A stretch of 64,000 nt of DNA from a bacterium (GTDB taxonomy: Bacteria; UBA8248). Each line of letters starts with the position of its first letter. The stretch's first letter is position 1. Of this stretch, positions 50,452-59,922 are shown piece after piece. Under the pieces are notes generated by a model, which worked only from the letters and a program-made list of their open reading frames with translations, did not search any database and was not told the origin of the DNA. Location of the stretch: assembly GCA_965221165.1 (NCBI GenBank), contig CBDCRP010000002.1, positions 1,184,001 through 1,248,000 of the forward strand, read 5' to 3'. Made by a program: the position numbers and the translations under genes.

Positions 50452-51987
50452 TTAAAGTCCTTTTTCGATGAGGTATTCCACCGGATTGTAATCATCCGTC
50501 AAAACCGGGCCGTAAAGTCGCGCACCCGGCGGGGCCACGCGCGCGTGCGCGGCGAATTTGAACCTCGGGTCGCGGCGTATCATCTCGCGGACGCGGCGGA
50601 AACGGCCCGCATCCTCATCACGAAACCCGAAGATCAGAATGTTCTGCGCCATTGCGGGGGTCGTCGGGTCCGTGCTGTAAATAAAAATCTCCGGAAACAC
50701 CGATTTCATGGTCCGGTAGACGGATGCGTATATCGCCCCGCCCGCACCCGCGCGGTAGCCGATCAGATTCAGCATGAATACGCCGCCGGGCGCCAGACGC
50801 GCGCGCGCTTCTGTGAAAAACTCCTGCGTGATCAGATGCGGCGGTATGTTCCTCAAACCCCGGTAGGCGTCACCCACGATGAAGTCGTACCTCTCACCAG
50901 ACGACCGGAGAAGGCGCCTGCCGTCTCCCACCAGGGTCTTGAGCTTCGGAAAATTCTTAAGCCTGAAAAACTTACGCCCCGCCTCGACGACGTCCGCATC
51001 GAGTTCGGCCACGGCGATAGACATCTCCGGCTTCATGAGATGGAGCGCCTTGGGCATCGTGAAAGCGCCGCCGCCGATGAAAATCGCGCGCTTCATGTGG
51101 GGCGCGAACAGCGGTCCCAACTCCAGAAAGCGCGTGTAATCATAAAAAAACTTCTTGTCGTCACCCACCACCATCGCCCCTTCGGGCTGATGATCCAGGT
51201 ACAACTCGCGCACCCGTACGCCGTCCGCCTCGGCCCTCTCGAACACGCGAATCATGTGGTACATGTTCTCGCGCACCCACACCGTATCCTTCCCGACGCC
51301 GGGGATGACGCCCAGCCACGCAGCGCCCGTCAGCATCGAGAGAATGACGAAGGCTGCCAGAAACAGGTTTGCCCGCGCGTTTCGCTTTGAGAAGAGGGAC
51401 GCGAGATCACCACTGAGGTACAGTCCCAACAGCGCCGTCAGCGCCAGAGCGCCCGCCGTCGTCAGGAATATGCCGTTTAATCCAAAAAAGGGGATGAAAA
51501 CGAACCCCGTCGCGAACGTGCCGACGATACTCCCGACGGTCGACCAGGTGAAGAGGTTTCCGGTTACCGCCCCCAGGCTCCTCTCTCCCCGGGCCGCGAG
51601 TTTCACCGCGAAGGGCGTCAGCGTGGCGAGCACGCAACTCGGAGCGGCGAAGAGCAAAAGACCGGCGAACACCGGCCCCGAGCGCAGGCTGAAGCTCTTC
51701 TCCATCGTCGGTAGCAGAAACCCCCGCAGGGCCGGCACCAGAGCCACCAGACCCGCGCCGCCCAGCATGAGCATAAAAAACAGCTTGCTCGATGGCTTCT
51801 GGTCCGCGAGCCTTCCCCCGATGGAATAGCCCAGACTCAGCGCAGCGAGGATGATGCCGATCATCGAGGTCCACGTGTAGAGCGTGTTGCCGAAATGAGG
51901 CGCGAGCACGCGCCCCGCCGCGATTTCCATGACGAGAATCGAGCCGCCCGAGAGAAAAACCGCGAAATACAAATAGGCACTCGCCAT
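50452..51987 (-). CDS. Fused membrane domain / spermidine synthase-like SAM-binding protein
   Basis: SGG.ILVMEIAAGRVLAPHFG TM domain plus IGGGAF, ELD, GDGR, DFIVGDAY, LTDDYNPVE. Confidence 0.85.
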   Translation of the reverse strand: MASAYLYFAVFLSGGSILVMEIAAGRVLAPHFGNTLYTWTSMIGIILAALSLGYSIGGRLADQKPSSKLFFMLMLGGAGLVALVPALRGFLLPTMEKSFSLRSGPVFAGLLLFAAPSCVLATLTPFAVKLAARGERSLGAVTGNLFTWSTVGSIVGTFATGFVFIPFFGLNGIFLTTAGALALTALLGLYLSGDLASLFSKRNARANLFLAAFVILSMLTGAAWLGVIPGVGKDTVWVRENMYHMIRVFERAEADGVRVRELYLDHQPEGAMVVGDDKKFFYDYTRFLELGPLFAPHMKRAIFIGGGAFTMPKALHLMKPEMSIAVAELDADVVEAGRKFFRLKNFPKLKTLVGDGRRLLRSSGERYDFIVGDAYRGLRNIPPHLITQEFFTEARARLAPGGVFMLNLIGYRAGAGGAIYASVYRTMKSVFPEIFIYSTDPTTPAMAQNILIFGFRDEDAGRFRRVREMIRRDPRFKFAAHARVAPPGARLYGPVLTDDYNPVEYLIEKGL

Positions 51988-52194
51988 GCTCTTCTCTTGG
52001 GCCTCTGTCGCTCGCCTGGGCTGTTTCGCCACCACCCGCTCCTCGAAAAAACGAAAGCCGCACTCTATGGCACTCCAAGCACGGAGGCAAGCCTGGGTTC
52101 CGCCTGGATTTTTTCGGGTCGATGCCGCATAAATGGAATGAAATTCGCGCAGAACAGCGCTACATGGGCTTTTCCTCAAAAAGAGAACGACGAC

Positions 52195-52884
52195 TTGGCC
52201 TCCGATAAGGTATATCCATCATCCAAAGCCGCCATCGCCGATATACCCGATGGCGCCACCATTCTGCTCGGCGGGTTCGGCGGCGCGGGAATCCCGGAAA
52301 ACCTCCTGGCCGCCATGGCCGATCATCCCGCGCGCGATTTGACCGTCGTCACCAATCACGCGGGCTTCGGCGAGCGCGGCCTCGCCGTTCTGCTCAGACA
52401 GGGTAAGGTGAAGAAGATCATTTGCAGCTACGCCTTCCACAGAAGCGCGTTCGTGTTCCGGGAGTTGTTTCTGGAGGGAAAAATCGAGCTCGAACAACTC
52501 CCCCAGGGGACCATGGCCGAGAGAATCCGCGCGGCGGGCGCAGGCGTTCAAGCCTTCTACACGCCCACCGGCGTCGGCACGCAAGCCGCCGAGGGCAAGG
52601 AGACCCGCACGATAAACGGACGCGAGACCGTGCTCGAATATCCCCTCCCCGGTGACGTCGCCATCATCAAGGCGTATCGGGCCGACAGTACGGGAAACCT
52701 CACCTACCGGGGCACGGCGGGTAACTTCAACCCCGTCATGGCGACGGCCGCTCCGCTCACCATCGTCGAGGTGGAGGAAATCGTGGCCCCCGGCGTCATC
52801 GCGCCCGAAAGCGTGCACACACCCTCGATATACGTGCAGAGAGTCGTGAGAGGAGAAGACCTTGGCCTTCGATCCGAGACTTAA
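52195..52884 (+). CDS. 3-oxoacid CoA-transferase subunit A
   Basis: DGATILLGGFG..GIP, PQGTMAERIRAAGAG...FYTPTG, NFNP.MA. Confidence 0.9.
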   Translation: MASDKVYPSSKAAIADIPDGATILLGGFGGAGIPENLLAAMADHPARDLTVVTNHAGFGERGLAVLLRQGKVKKIICSYAFHRSAFVFRELFLEGKIELEQLPQGTMAERIRAAGAGVQAFYTPTGVGTQAAEGKETRTINGRETVLEYPLPGDVAIIKAYRADSTGNLTYRGTAGNFNPVMATAAPLTIVEVEEIVAPGVIAPESVHTPSIYVQRVVRGEDLGLRSET

Positions 52885-53557
52885 AAGCTGCACCCTCAAG
52901 CCGGCTGACATCGCGCGGCGCGTGGCGGCGGAACTGCCAGACGGCGCGGTGGTGAACTTAGGGATAGGCGTGCCCACGCTGGTGGGGAATTACGTGGAAG
53001 CCGAGCGCGGCGTGATGTTCATGGCGGAAAACGGAATCATCGGCGCAGGCCCCAGGCCCGAGGCCGGCCAGGAGGATAAGGATTACATCAACGCATCCAG
53101 AGAACCCATCACCACGCTTCCGGGCGCCTCGGTGTTCGGACACGCCGACGCCTTCGCCATGATACGCGGCGGCCACATCGACATCGCCGTCATGGGCGCG
53201 CTGCAGGTTTCCGCGCGCGGCGATCTGGCGAACTGGACGGTTCCGGGCCTGGGCAAAGGAGGCATCGGCGGCGCGATGGATCTGGCCGCGGGCGCGCGCG
53301 AGGTTTACGCCGTCATGACCCACACCATGAAAGACGGCGGCCTGAAACTCCTGGAAGAATGCTCCTACCCCCTCACCGCTAGGGGCGTGGTCACCAGGCT
53401 GTTCACCGACATCGCGTTCATCGAGTTCACGCCCGAGGGCCCGCTTCTCAAAGAGGTGGCCGAAGGCCTCACGAAAGACGACGTGCAGGAAGTGAGCGAG
53501 CCGAGGCTCATCACAAACGGGCCGCTCGGCGTATTGACGCGCGAGGATGCGCCATGA
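52862..53557 (+). CDS. 3-oxoacid CoA-transferase subunit B
   Basis: VNLGIGVPT, catalytic AENG, IRGGHID, GDLANW, GGAMDL. Confidence 0.92.
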   Translation: MAFDPRLKSCTLKPADIARRVAAELPDGAVVNLGIGVPTLVGNYVEAERGVMFMAENGIIGAGPRPEAGQEDKDYINASREPITTLPGASVFGHADAFAMIRGGHIDIAVMGALQVSARGDLANWTVPGLGKGGIGGAMDLAAGAREVYAVMTHTMKDGGLKLLEECSYPLTARGVVTRLFTDIAFIEFTPEGPLLKEVAEGLTKDDVQEVSEPRLITNGPLGVLTREDAP

Positions 53558-54774
53558 CGCGCGCGGGCAGCGGCCTCTCGTCCAATCCCGACTCTCTGGC
53601 CGCTGCGCGCGAAGCGATAGAAGAAGCCATGGCGGAGGCGCGTCTCGACGCCGCCTCTCTCGTCTTTTTATTCGTGACGCCCGGGCATCTCAATAGATGG
53701 CCCGAAATCGTCGCCGCCGTCGCCGAGGGTGCGCGCGGCGCGCGAATCGTGGGGTGCACCGGCTTCGGCGTCATGACGGCGCAGGGTGAAATCGAGCGAA
53801 CGCCGGGAATCTCGATTCTGGCGGTCGGCGGCGACGCCCCGCCCGCAGCACCTTTTCTGGTCGAGGGCTTGGGGAGTGCGCCTCTTGAGTGCGGTCGCGC
53901 CATCGGCCGGGCGGCGAAAAAAGACTTAGGCGATGCGCTCTCTCACGGGAGTCCACCCCTCGTCGTCATCATGCCCGATAGTTATCACCTCCGCGCGGAA
54001 GCGCTTTTCCAGGGAATTCACGAGGAACTCGGAAGCGAGGCCATCATCGTGGGAGGAGGCGCCGCGGAGGACGGCTCGGCCGGGAGAACTTTTCAGTTCC
54101 TGGACGGACAGGTGCAGACCGACGCCGTATCGGGCGTCGTGTTCGCGGGCGCGCCGAAGCGATTCATCGGAATATCCCAGGCCTATCTGCCGACCGGCGA
54201 GCCCAAACTCATCACGCGGGCGGAGGAGAACGTGGTCTGGGAAATCTCCGGGGAGCGCGCGTTCGACGCCTTCGCCGAAGCCGCGGGCCCGGAATGGATG
54301 GAGAACATCCAGCACGCCGCCATGAACCTGTTCATCGGCATTCCGGGAGATCTGGACAAGGTCGTCCTCGATCACGGCGAGTACATCGTGCGGCCCATCG
54401 TGGGCGCGGACGAGGAGCGGGGAATCATCGCGCTGCCAACGCCGGTGCAAACCGGCCAGGCCATCACTTTCGCCAAGCGGGACGGGCGTCGCGCGCGCGA
54501 CGACCTCCGCACGATGCTGGAAAAAGGGGCGCGGCGCTTCTCCACTCCCCAGGGAGAAAACGCGCGCGCGTTCGGCCTTTATTTCAATTGCGCGGGCCGG
54601 GGCAGTTCCCTCTATGGGGAGACGGATGTGGACGCGGGCGCGATTCGAGAGAAGATGGGCGGGTTGCCCGTCGCGGGTTTCTTCACCGGTTCCGAGATTG
54701 CGCCCATCGGAGAAATCGACCACCTTCACCAGTATTCCGGAGTCCTGGTGCTACTGGGAGAGGACACGGATTAA
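53554..54774 (+). CDS. FIST-domain signal transduction protein
   Basis: IVGCT, GGGA, FNCAGRG...GFFTGSEIAP...LHQYSGV. Confidence 0.88.
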   Translation: MTRAGSGLSSNPDSLAAAREAIEEAMAEARLDAASLVFLFVTPGHLNRWPEIVAAVAEGARGARIVGCTGFGVMTAQGEIERTPGISILAVGGDAPPAAPFLVEGLGSAPLECGRAIGRAAKKDLGDALSHGSPPLVVIMPDSYHLRAEALFQGIHEELGSEAIIVGGGAAEDGSAGRTFQFLDGQVQTDAVSGVVFAGAPKRFIGISQAYLPTGEPKLITRAEENVVWEISGERAFDAFAEAAGPEWMENIQHAAMNLFIGIPGDLDKVVLDHGEYIVRPIVGADEERGIIALPTPVQTGQAITFAKRDGRRARDDLRTMLEKGARRFSTPQGENARAFGLYFNCAGRGSSLYGETDVDAGAIREKMGGLPVAGFFTGSEIAPIGEIDHLHQYSGVLVLLGEDTD

Positions 54775-54811
54775 GAAAAAAAATTCCTCATCATTCACGG
54801 GAGCGGGTCTT

Positions 54812-55240
54812 ATGGGATACAGCACGGGAAACATCATCATCACCACCCTGCATGTTCTGAGCGCCATTCTGGCGGTCGGCGGCGTGGCCTTTCTTCGTTT
54901 CGTGGTCATCCCGACGGCGGCGTCATTGCCGGAAACCGAACGGGGGCCCTTCATGGGGAAAATCCAGAAGAGATTCGTCCCGATTCTGCACGGATCGTTT
55001 CTCATTCTGATACTGACGGGGCTTCACCACGTCACCCGCCTCGTGCGGAGCGGCCTCGCCATTCCGGGATCGCTAGTCGTGAAAATCATCCTGGCGCTCG
55101 TCATCATCTTCGTGGGCGTCGCGCTCACTATCCCGAGAGGCTTCGAGGGCATGAAGGCGCAGCGCAAGACGTGGCTCCTGGTCAACTTGATCCTCGCCCT
55201 CATCGTCGTCTATCTGGGCATTTCGGTCACCCACGGCTAA
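54812..55240 (+). CDS. Small 4-TM membrane protein (CopD/DUF2269-like)
   Basis: LHVLSAILAVGG..F, LILTG, VKIILA. Confidence 0.6.
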   Translation: MGYSTGNIIITTLHVLSAILAVGGVAFLRFVVIPTAASLPETERGPFMGKIQKRFVPILHGSFLILILTGLHHVTRLVRSGLAIPGSLVVKIILALVIIFVGVALTIPRGFEGMKAQRKTWLLVNLILALIVVYLGISVTHG

Positions 55241-55264
55241 GGGTTTCATAGGAGAGCGCAGGCG

Positions 55265-56266
55265 ATGCGGGCAGGCTGGTACGAGCGCAAGGGCGGGGCA
55301 CGCGAGGTCATCGAAATCGGGGAGATGGAAGCACCCGAACCCGCTCCCGGGGAAATCAGGGTGAGGCTTCACGCCTCAGGCGTGAATCCGACGGACTGTA
55401 AGCGCCGCGCCGGTCACGGGGCCGAGGATTGGGGCTATTTCGAGCATTTTCCGGATTACCCGAGAACCATCCCGAACAACGACGGCGCAGGCGTCGTCGA
55501 TAAACTCGGACAAGGCGCCGCCGGACATGAGGTCGGCGCGCGGGTATGGGTCTACAACGCGCGCTACAAACGCGCGTTCGGCACATCGGCGCAATACGTA
55601 TGCCTGCCCGAGGAGTTTCTGGTCCGCCTGCCGGAGGAAACCACCTTCTCAGAAGGAGCGTGCCTCGGCATTCCCGCCATGACGGCGCACCGGTGCCTGT
55701 TTGCGGACGGCCCCACCACAGGCAAAACGGTGCTGGTGACCGGCGGTGCGGGCCGCGTGGGAACCTACGCGGTGCAACTGGCGAAATGGGGAGGTGCGAG
55801 CGTCATTGCCACGGTGAGTTCAGACGCCAAGGCGGAGCGCGCGTCTTCCGCCGATCATCTCATCAACTACCGCGAAGAAGACGTCGCAAAAAAGATACTG
55901 GAGATCACCGACGGTGTGGGCGTGGACCGCGTCGTGGACGTGAACCTGGGCGTGAACTGGGAGACGAACTACAAAATCCTGAAAATCGGCAGCGTCATCG
56001 CCTCTTATTCCTCCATGGGGGATCGCATGCCCCGCTTTCCCCACTACGAACTCATGCTGAACAACATCAACATCCGCCTGGTGATGATCCACTGCTGCCC
56101 GCCCGACGCTCTGGCCCAGGCGGGGAGAGACGTCACCCGCGCGATAGACGATGGCGCACTCTCCCACCACATCGCGGAGCGTTTCCCGCTCGATGACCTG
56201 GCAGGCGCGCACGAGGCCGTGGAAGTGGGTGAGGCGGTAGGCAACGTGATAGTGGAAATCGATTAG
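55265..56266 (+). CDS. NADPH:quinone reductase (MDR superfamily)
   Basis: SGVNPTD, DGAGVVD, GIPAMTAH, VTGGAGRVG. Confidence 0.88.
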   Translation: MRAGWYERKGGAREVIEIGEMEAPEPAPGEIRVRLHASGVNPTDCKRRAGHGAEDWGYFEHFPDYPRTIPNNDGAGVVDKLGQGAAGHEVGARVWVYNARYKRAFGTSAQYVCLPEEFLVRLPEETTFSEGACLGIPAMTAHRCLFADGPTTGKTVLVTGGAGRVGTYAVQLAKWGGASVIATVSSDAKAERASSADHLINYREEDVAKKILEITDGVGVDRVVDVNLGVNWETNYKILKIGSVIASYSSMGDRMPRFPHYELMLNNINIRLVMIHCCPPDALAQAGRDVTRAIDDGALSHHIAERFPLDDLAGAHEAVEVGEAVGNVIVEID

Positions 56267-56274
56267 GCGGAGAA

Positions 56275-57498
56275 TCAGGCGACGCCCAGTTTCTTAAGTC
56301 CGGACTCCAGGGCGTCGAGCGTCTTGTCGATCTGCGCTTCGGTGTGCGTCGCCATCAAGGTGGCTCTGAGCCTGCTCGTACCCTCGGGCACCGTGGGCGG
56401 GCGAATGGCCAGCAGATAAACGCCCGCCTCCATCAGGTATTCCGCCAGCTTAAGTGTTTTTTCCGTATCCTTGATGATGATGGGGAAAATCGGAATCTCG
56501 GCCCCCGGCGGCGGATCGCTCACCCGGATACCAACGTAGCGCAATCCGGCGCGAAAGCGCGCGCACAGGGCCCCCAGATTCTCCCGGCGGCGTTCCCCCT
56601 CGGCCCCTTGCGTGATGCGAATAGCGGCGCGAGAGGCGGCGGCGACGGCGGGCGGGAGGCTCGTCGAGTAGATATAGGGCCGCGCCTTGTTGATGAGATA
56701 ATCCACCACATTGGAATCCGCGCACGCGAACGCGCCATAAGAGGCGAGTGCCTTGCCCAGCGTGCCCATGGATACCGAAACTTCATCCTCCACCCCGAAA
56801 TAAGCACCACTTCCCCTGCCGCCCTCTCCCAGAACCCCCGTGCCGTGGGCGTCGTCCACCACGAGCATCGCGCCGTATTTGCGCGCGAGGGAGCAGATTC
56901 CGGGCAGCGGGGCCAAATCGCCGTCCATGCTGAATACCCCGTCCGTCACGATGAGCTTTCGTCGCGCGCCGGAGGCTTTCTTCAAGGCGTCTTCCAGGTA
57001 ATTGAGATTCGCGTGCGGGTAGACGTGGATCCGCGCCCTGGAGAGCCTGCAGCCGTCCACGATGCTCGCGTGGTTGAGCGCATCGCTGAAAACGGCGTCC
57101 CCCTCGCCGGCCAGAGCCGTGATGAGTCCTAAATTCGCCAGAAACCCCGAACCGAATACGAGGGCGGCGGCCTTTCGCTTGAAGGCGGCCAACGCACTCG
57201 CCAAGTCCTCGTGCGCGGCCATGTGGCCGGAAATCAGCGGGGAGGCTGCGCCGCTCGCGCCCGAGGTCCGCACGGCCTGCACGGACGCCTCTATGAGCGC
57301 AGAATAGCTGGCGAGGCCCAGATAGTTGTTGCTCGAGAGGTTGATGAGGGTTTTGCCGCCATGACGCATGGTCGGTCCCTGCATCCCCTCTATGGTGCGC
57401 AAACCCCGGCGCAGGTTGGCGCCCGAGAGTTCGCGCAACTCATCATCGAGCTGCGCCTTCCAGTGCTGTGGAGTGATTTCTTCGCGCGCTTTATCCAT
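56275..57498 (-). CDS. bioF: 8-amino-7-oxononanoate synthase
   Basis: SSNNYLGL, DALNHASIVDG, DGVFSMDGD, DDAHG, GTLGKA, IRPPTVP. Confidence 0.9.
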   Translation of the reverse strand: MDKAREEITPQHWKAQLDDELRELSGANLRRGLRTIEGMQGPTMRHGGKTLINLSSNNYLGLASYSALIEASVQAVRTSGASGAASPLISGHMAAHEDLASALAAFKRKAAALVFGSGFLANLGLITALAGEGDAVFSDALNHASIVDGCRLSRARIHVYPHANLNYLEDALKKASGARRKLIVTDGVFSMDGDLAPLPGICSLARKYGAMLVVDDAHGTGVLGEGGRGSGAYFGVEDEVSVSMGTLGKALASYGAFACADSNVVDYLINKARPYIYSTSLPPAVAAASRAAIRITQGAEGERRRENLGALCARFRAGLRYVGIRVSDPPPGAEIPIFPIIIKDTEKTLKLAEYLMEAGVYLLAIRPPTVPEGTSRLRATLMATHTEAQIDKTLDALESGLKKLGVA

Positions 57499-57629
57499 CT
57501 GGTCATTGTAGAAAACAAAAGCGCGCCCGAAAAGCCGAGGGCGGCGAAACTCTTGCGCCGCCGGCGCAATGGTGTCATTTTCTGAAAGATCGTGGTGGTA
57601 CGGACTCATCTCGACTGAAAGGGGCTCAC

Positions 57630-58004
57630 TTGAACTGGCTTTGGGTGGCGGGCGGCGGCGCAATCGGCAGCGCGCTGCGCTACGGACTCGCACTCTTCGT
57701 GCAAAGATCGCTGGACGCGAGCTGGCCATTCGGCACACTGATGGCCAACCTCATCGGCTCGTTCGTAATCGGGTGCATGTTCGAGTTGCTCGTCTCCAGG
57801 GAATCGCTCGGCGAGGAGGTCCGCCTGTTCGCCATGGTAGGGCTCCTGGGCGGATTCACCACGTTTTCCGCCTTCAGCCTGGAGACCCTCCTCATGTTCC
57901 AGGAAGGCGACTGGCTTCTGGCCGCGTTCTACGTCGCGCTCTCGGTCGCGGGGTGTCTCATCGCCGTCTGGGCGGGGTTTCAGTTCACTGCCGCGCTCGT
58001 GTGA
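57630..58004 (+). CDS. crcB: Fluoride efflux channel Fluc/CrcB
   Basis: GGAIGSALRY, PFGTLMANLIGSF, GLLGGFTTFSAFSLE. Confidence 0.95.
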   Translation: MNWLWVAGGGAIGSALRYGLALFVQRSLDASWPFGTLMANLIGSFVIGCMFELLVSRESLGEEVRLFAMVGLLGGFTTFSAFSLETLLMFQEGDWLLAAFYVALSVAGCLIAVWAGFQFTAALV

Positions 58005-58018
58005 ATGACAAGGAACCT

Positions 58019-58082
58019 ATGTCCACCTGAAAATCAGATGAAACGCACACGTTGTCCACATCTTATCCACGAACGTTCCACG
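58019..58082 (+). repeat. 11-bp-phased DnaA-box-like array
   Basis: ATGTCCACC (58019), AAACGCACA (58041), TTGTCCACA (58052), TTATCCACG (58063), CGTTCCACG (58074). Confidence 0.4.
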
Positions 58083-58117
58083 CGCCCGGCGGAAGCAGAT
58101 GTGCGCCGCATGATCCA

Positions 58118-58903
58118 TTAGATCGAATACCACTCTCCCCCGTCGACCTGTAAGGCCGCGCCGGTGATGTAGCTCGCGCGCTCGCTAGCGAGAAAAGCCA
58201 CCGCCGCCGCGAATTCTTGCGCCTCTCCCAGGCGGCCGATGGCGATGTCCTTCACCACCTCCTCGTAGACTTCTTCCTCGGTGCGGCCGCTTTCTTGGGC
58301 CATCTTCGCGATGCGCTCGGGCCAGTGGGTGGAAAACCGCCCCGGGTTCACGATGTTCACTAGAATCCCGTCGCGTACGAACTCACCCGCCAAGGACTTC
58401 GTGAAGTTGAGCAGCGCCGCCTTCGATGCGTTCGAGACCACGCGGCGGGGCCGGGGCTGGCGGCTGCTCGTGGAGCCCGTCATGATGATGCGGCCCCACT
58501 TCTGTTTTTGCATGTAGGGAATCACCAGACGGCTGAACTCGGACGCCGCATAGAGAATGCTGCCCATCGATCGCTCCCAGTCGGCGCGCTCGACATCGAG
58601 AAAATCCTTGGTCGTGCTCACCCCTGCGTTGCTCACGAGAATGTGGACGGTCCCGAAAAGGGCGACGGTCTCCTCCACCACGCGGGCAATTTCTTCAAGG
58701 ACGCTCACGTCGCAGCGCATGGCGTGCACCACGCCCTCCGAGACCGCTTGAATCTCCTGTTTGGCCGCCGCCAGGCGCTCCTCGTCCCGCGCGCAGATGC
58801 AGACGTCGCAGCCTTCTTGTGCAAGTTCCTTGGCTATGGCAAGGCCCAGGCCTGCGCTCCCGCCGGTGATGATGGCGGCTTTACCTGTAAGTCCCAAATC
58901 CAT
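58118..58903 (-). CDS. SDR family oxidoreductase
   Basis: TGGSAGLG, VSNAG, SNASK in place of YxxxK, ITGAALQVDGG. Confidence 0.9.
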   Translation of the reverse strand: MDLGLTGKAAIITGGSAGLGLAIAKELAQEGCDVCICARDEERLAAAKQEIQAVSEGVVHAMRCDVSVLEEIARVVEETVALFGTVHILVSNAGVSTTKDFLDVERADWERSMGSILYAASEFSRLVIPYMQKQKWGRIIMTGSTSSRQPRPRRVVSNASKAALLNFTKSLAGEFVRDGILVNIVNPGRFSTHWPERIAKMAQESGRTEEEVYEEVVKDIAIGRLGEAQEFAAAVAFLASERASYITGAALQVDGGEWYSI

Positions 58904-58948
58904 TTTTTCATCCTTTTTTGAAGATATGCGAAACAAGCCCGAGAATGA

Positions 58949-58977
58949 TTGAGAATGCGCATACGCCCCCTTATAAT
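58949..58977 (+). promoter_or_regulatory. Near-consensus sigma70 promoter
   Basis: TTGAGA-17 nt-TATAAT, 38 nt upstream of the ATG at 59016. Confidence 0.75.
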
Positions 58978-59015
58978 CCACCGATTCCACCGTTCGCCAC
59001 CCGAGAGGAGAAAAA

Positions 59016-59288
59016 ATGACGGAGCGCGCCGATTTTCGCCAGTTCTACCGCGACGCCCACAAAGTGGACCTGCTCACCGACCGCGAAAAAATCCTGATGG
59101 GCCTCGCCATCGCCATCGTGCGCAACTGCCAGCCGTGAGTGGACCGCCGCCTGGCGGACGCCGGGAAAGCGGGCCTCTCAGAGGAGACGCTCGACGCCAC
59201 TTTCGATCTCACCGCCGCCGTCATGGCGGGAGTCGCCCAGAGCATGAACCAGCGCTACAAGGCGTCCCGAAACCAGAGCGACTCCTAG
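59016..59288 (+). CDS. AhpD/carboxymuconolactone decarboxylase-like selenoprotein (CxxU), 90 aa; TGA 59136-59138 read as Sec
   Basis: Not in ORF track. GAGAGGAG RBS; MTERADFRQFYRDAHKVDLLTDREKILMGLAIAIVRNCQP-U-VDRRLADAGKAGLSEETLDATFDLTAAVMAG...DS*; the CMD-fold pattern continues across the TGA. Confidence 0.8.
59147..59172 (+). promoter_or_regulatory. Candidate bacterial SECIS hairpin
   Basis: CCTGGC-GGAC-GCCGGG stem-loop starting 11 nt after the TGA, with possible lower CCGC/GCGG pairing. Confidence 0.6.
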
Positions 59289-59298
59289 AGACTTCGCC

Positions 59299-59850
59299 AT
59301 GAAGGACCGGTTCAAGAAATTCCTGGATTTCGACGACCCGAACAAGCTCATGCCCTGGAAGAACAAAAGCCCCGAACCACAGGGAGAAACGCCTGAGGAT
59401 CGCCCCGAGATCGCCATCAAACCGGTCTGGTATTTCACGATGTATTTCATCATCGGCGTGGGTTTCGACACCCTGTTTCCCACGAACGCCTTCCCCGAGA
59501 ACCTGCGCTTCACGCTCGGCGCGGGGCTGGTGCTCGCAGGCGCCATCCTTAATTCGTCCTCCATCGGATGCTTGAAGAGACACCATACGAACCATGAGAC
59601 GAACAAGCCCGCGCGCGTCCTCATCACCGACGGCCCCTACCGCTTCTCGCGAAACCCGATCTATCTCGGCTTCATGTGCCTTTACCTGGGGCTCGGGATT
59701 TTTCTCAACAACCTCTGGATTTTCGTTCTGGGCGCGCCGTTGTTCATCACGGTCCAGGCCGTGATCGTCGCGCGCGAGGAGGATTACCTCGCGGGAAAAT
59801 TCGGTGAGGAATATAGCGACTACTGCCAGAGCGTGCGCCGCTGGCTCTAG
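59299..59850 (+). CDS. Isoprenylcysteine carboxyl methyltransferase (ICMT/PEMT) family membrane protein
   Basis: LITDGPYRFSRNPIYLG...REEDYLAGKFGEEYSDYCQSVRRWL. Confidence 0.9.
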   Translation: MKDRFKKFLDFDDPNKLMPWKNKSPEPQGETPEDRPEIAIKPVWYFTMYFIIGVGFDTLFPTNAFPENLRFTLGAGLVLAGAILNSSSIGCLKRHHTNHETNKPARVLITDGPYRFSRNPIYLGFMCLYLGLGIFLNNLWIFVLGAPLFITVQAVIVAREEDYLAGKFGEEYSDYCQSVRRWL

Positions 59851-59858
59851 CGCGCACG

Positions 59859-59887
59859 AAAAAAAGAGGCCGCCCGGCGGGGCGGCC
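59859..59887 (-). terminator. Rho-independent terminator between convergent genes
   Basis: GGCCGCCC-GGCG-GGGCGGCC stem with an A7 tract on + (U tract on -). Confidence 0.65.
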
Positions 59888-59922
59888 CCTGAACATTCTT
59901 CTTACGATTGATTCTCTTAAGA

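Noticed and set aside
57499-57629. Fluoride riboswitch upstream of crcB
   Set aside because: CAATGGTGTC resembles the GATGG core, but I could not find the P1 stem or the pseudoknot partner.
58954-58981. dif-like site (TGCGCATA...TTAT)
   Set aside because: The XerD arm matches poorly; the TTGAGA-17-TATAAT promoter explains the sequence better.
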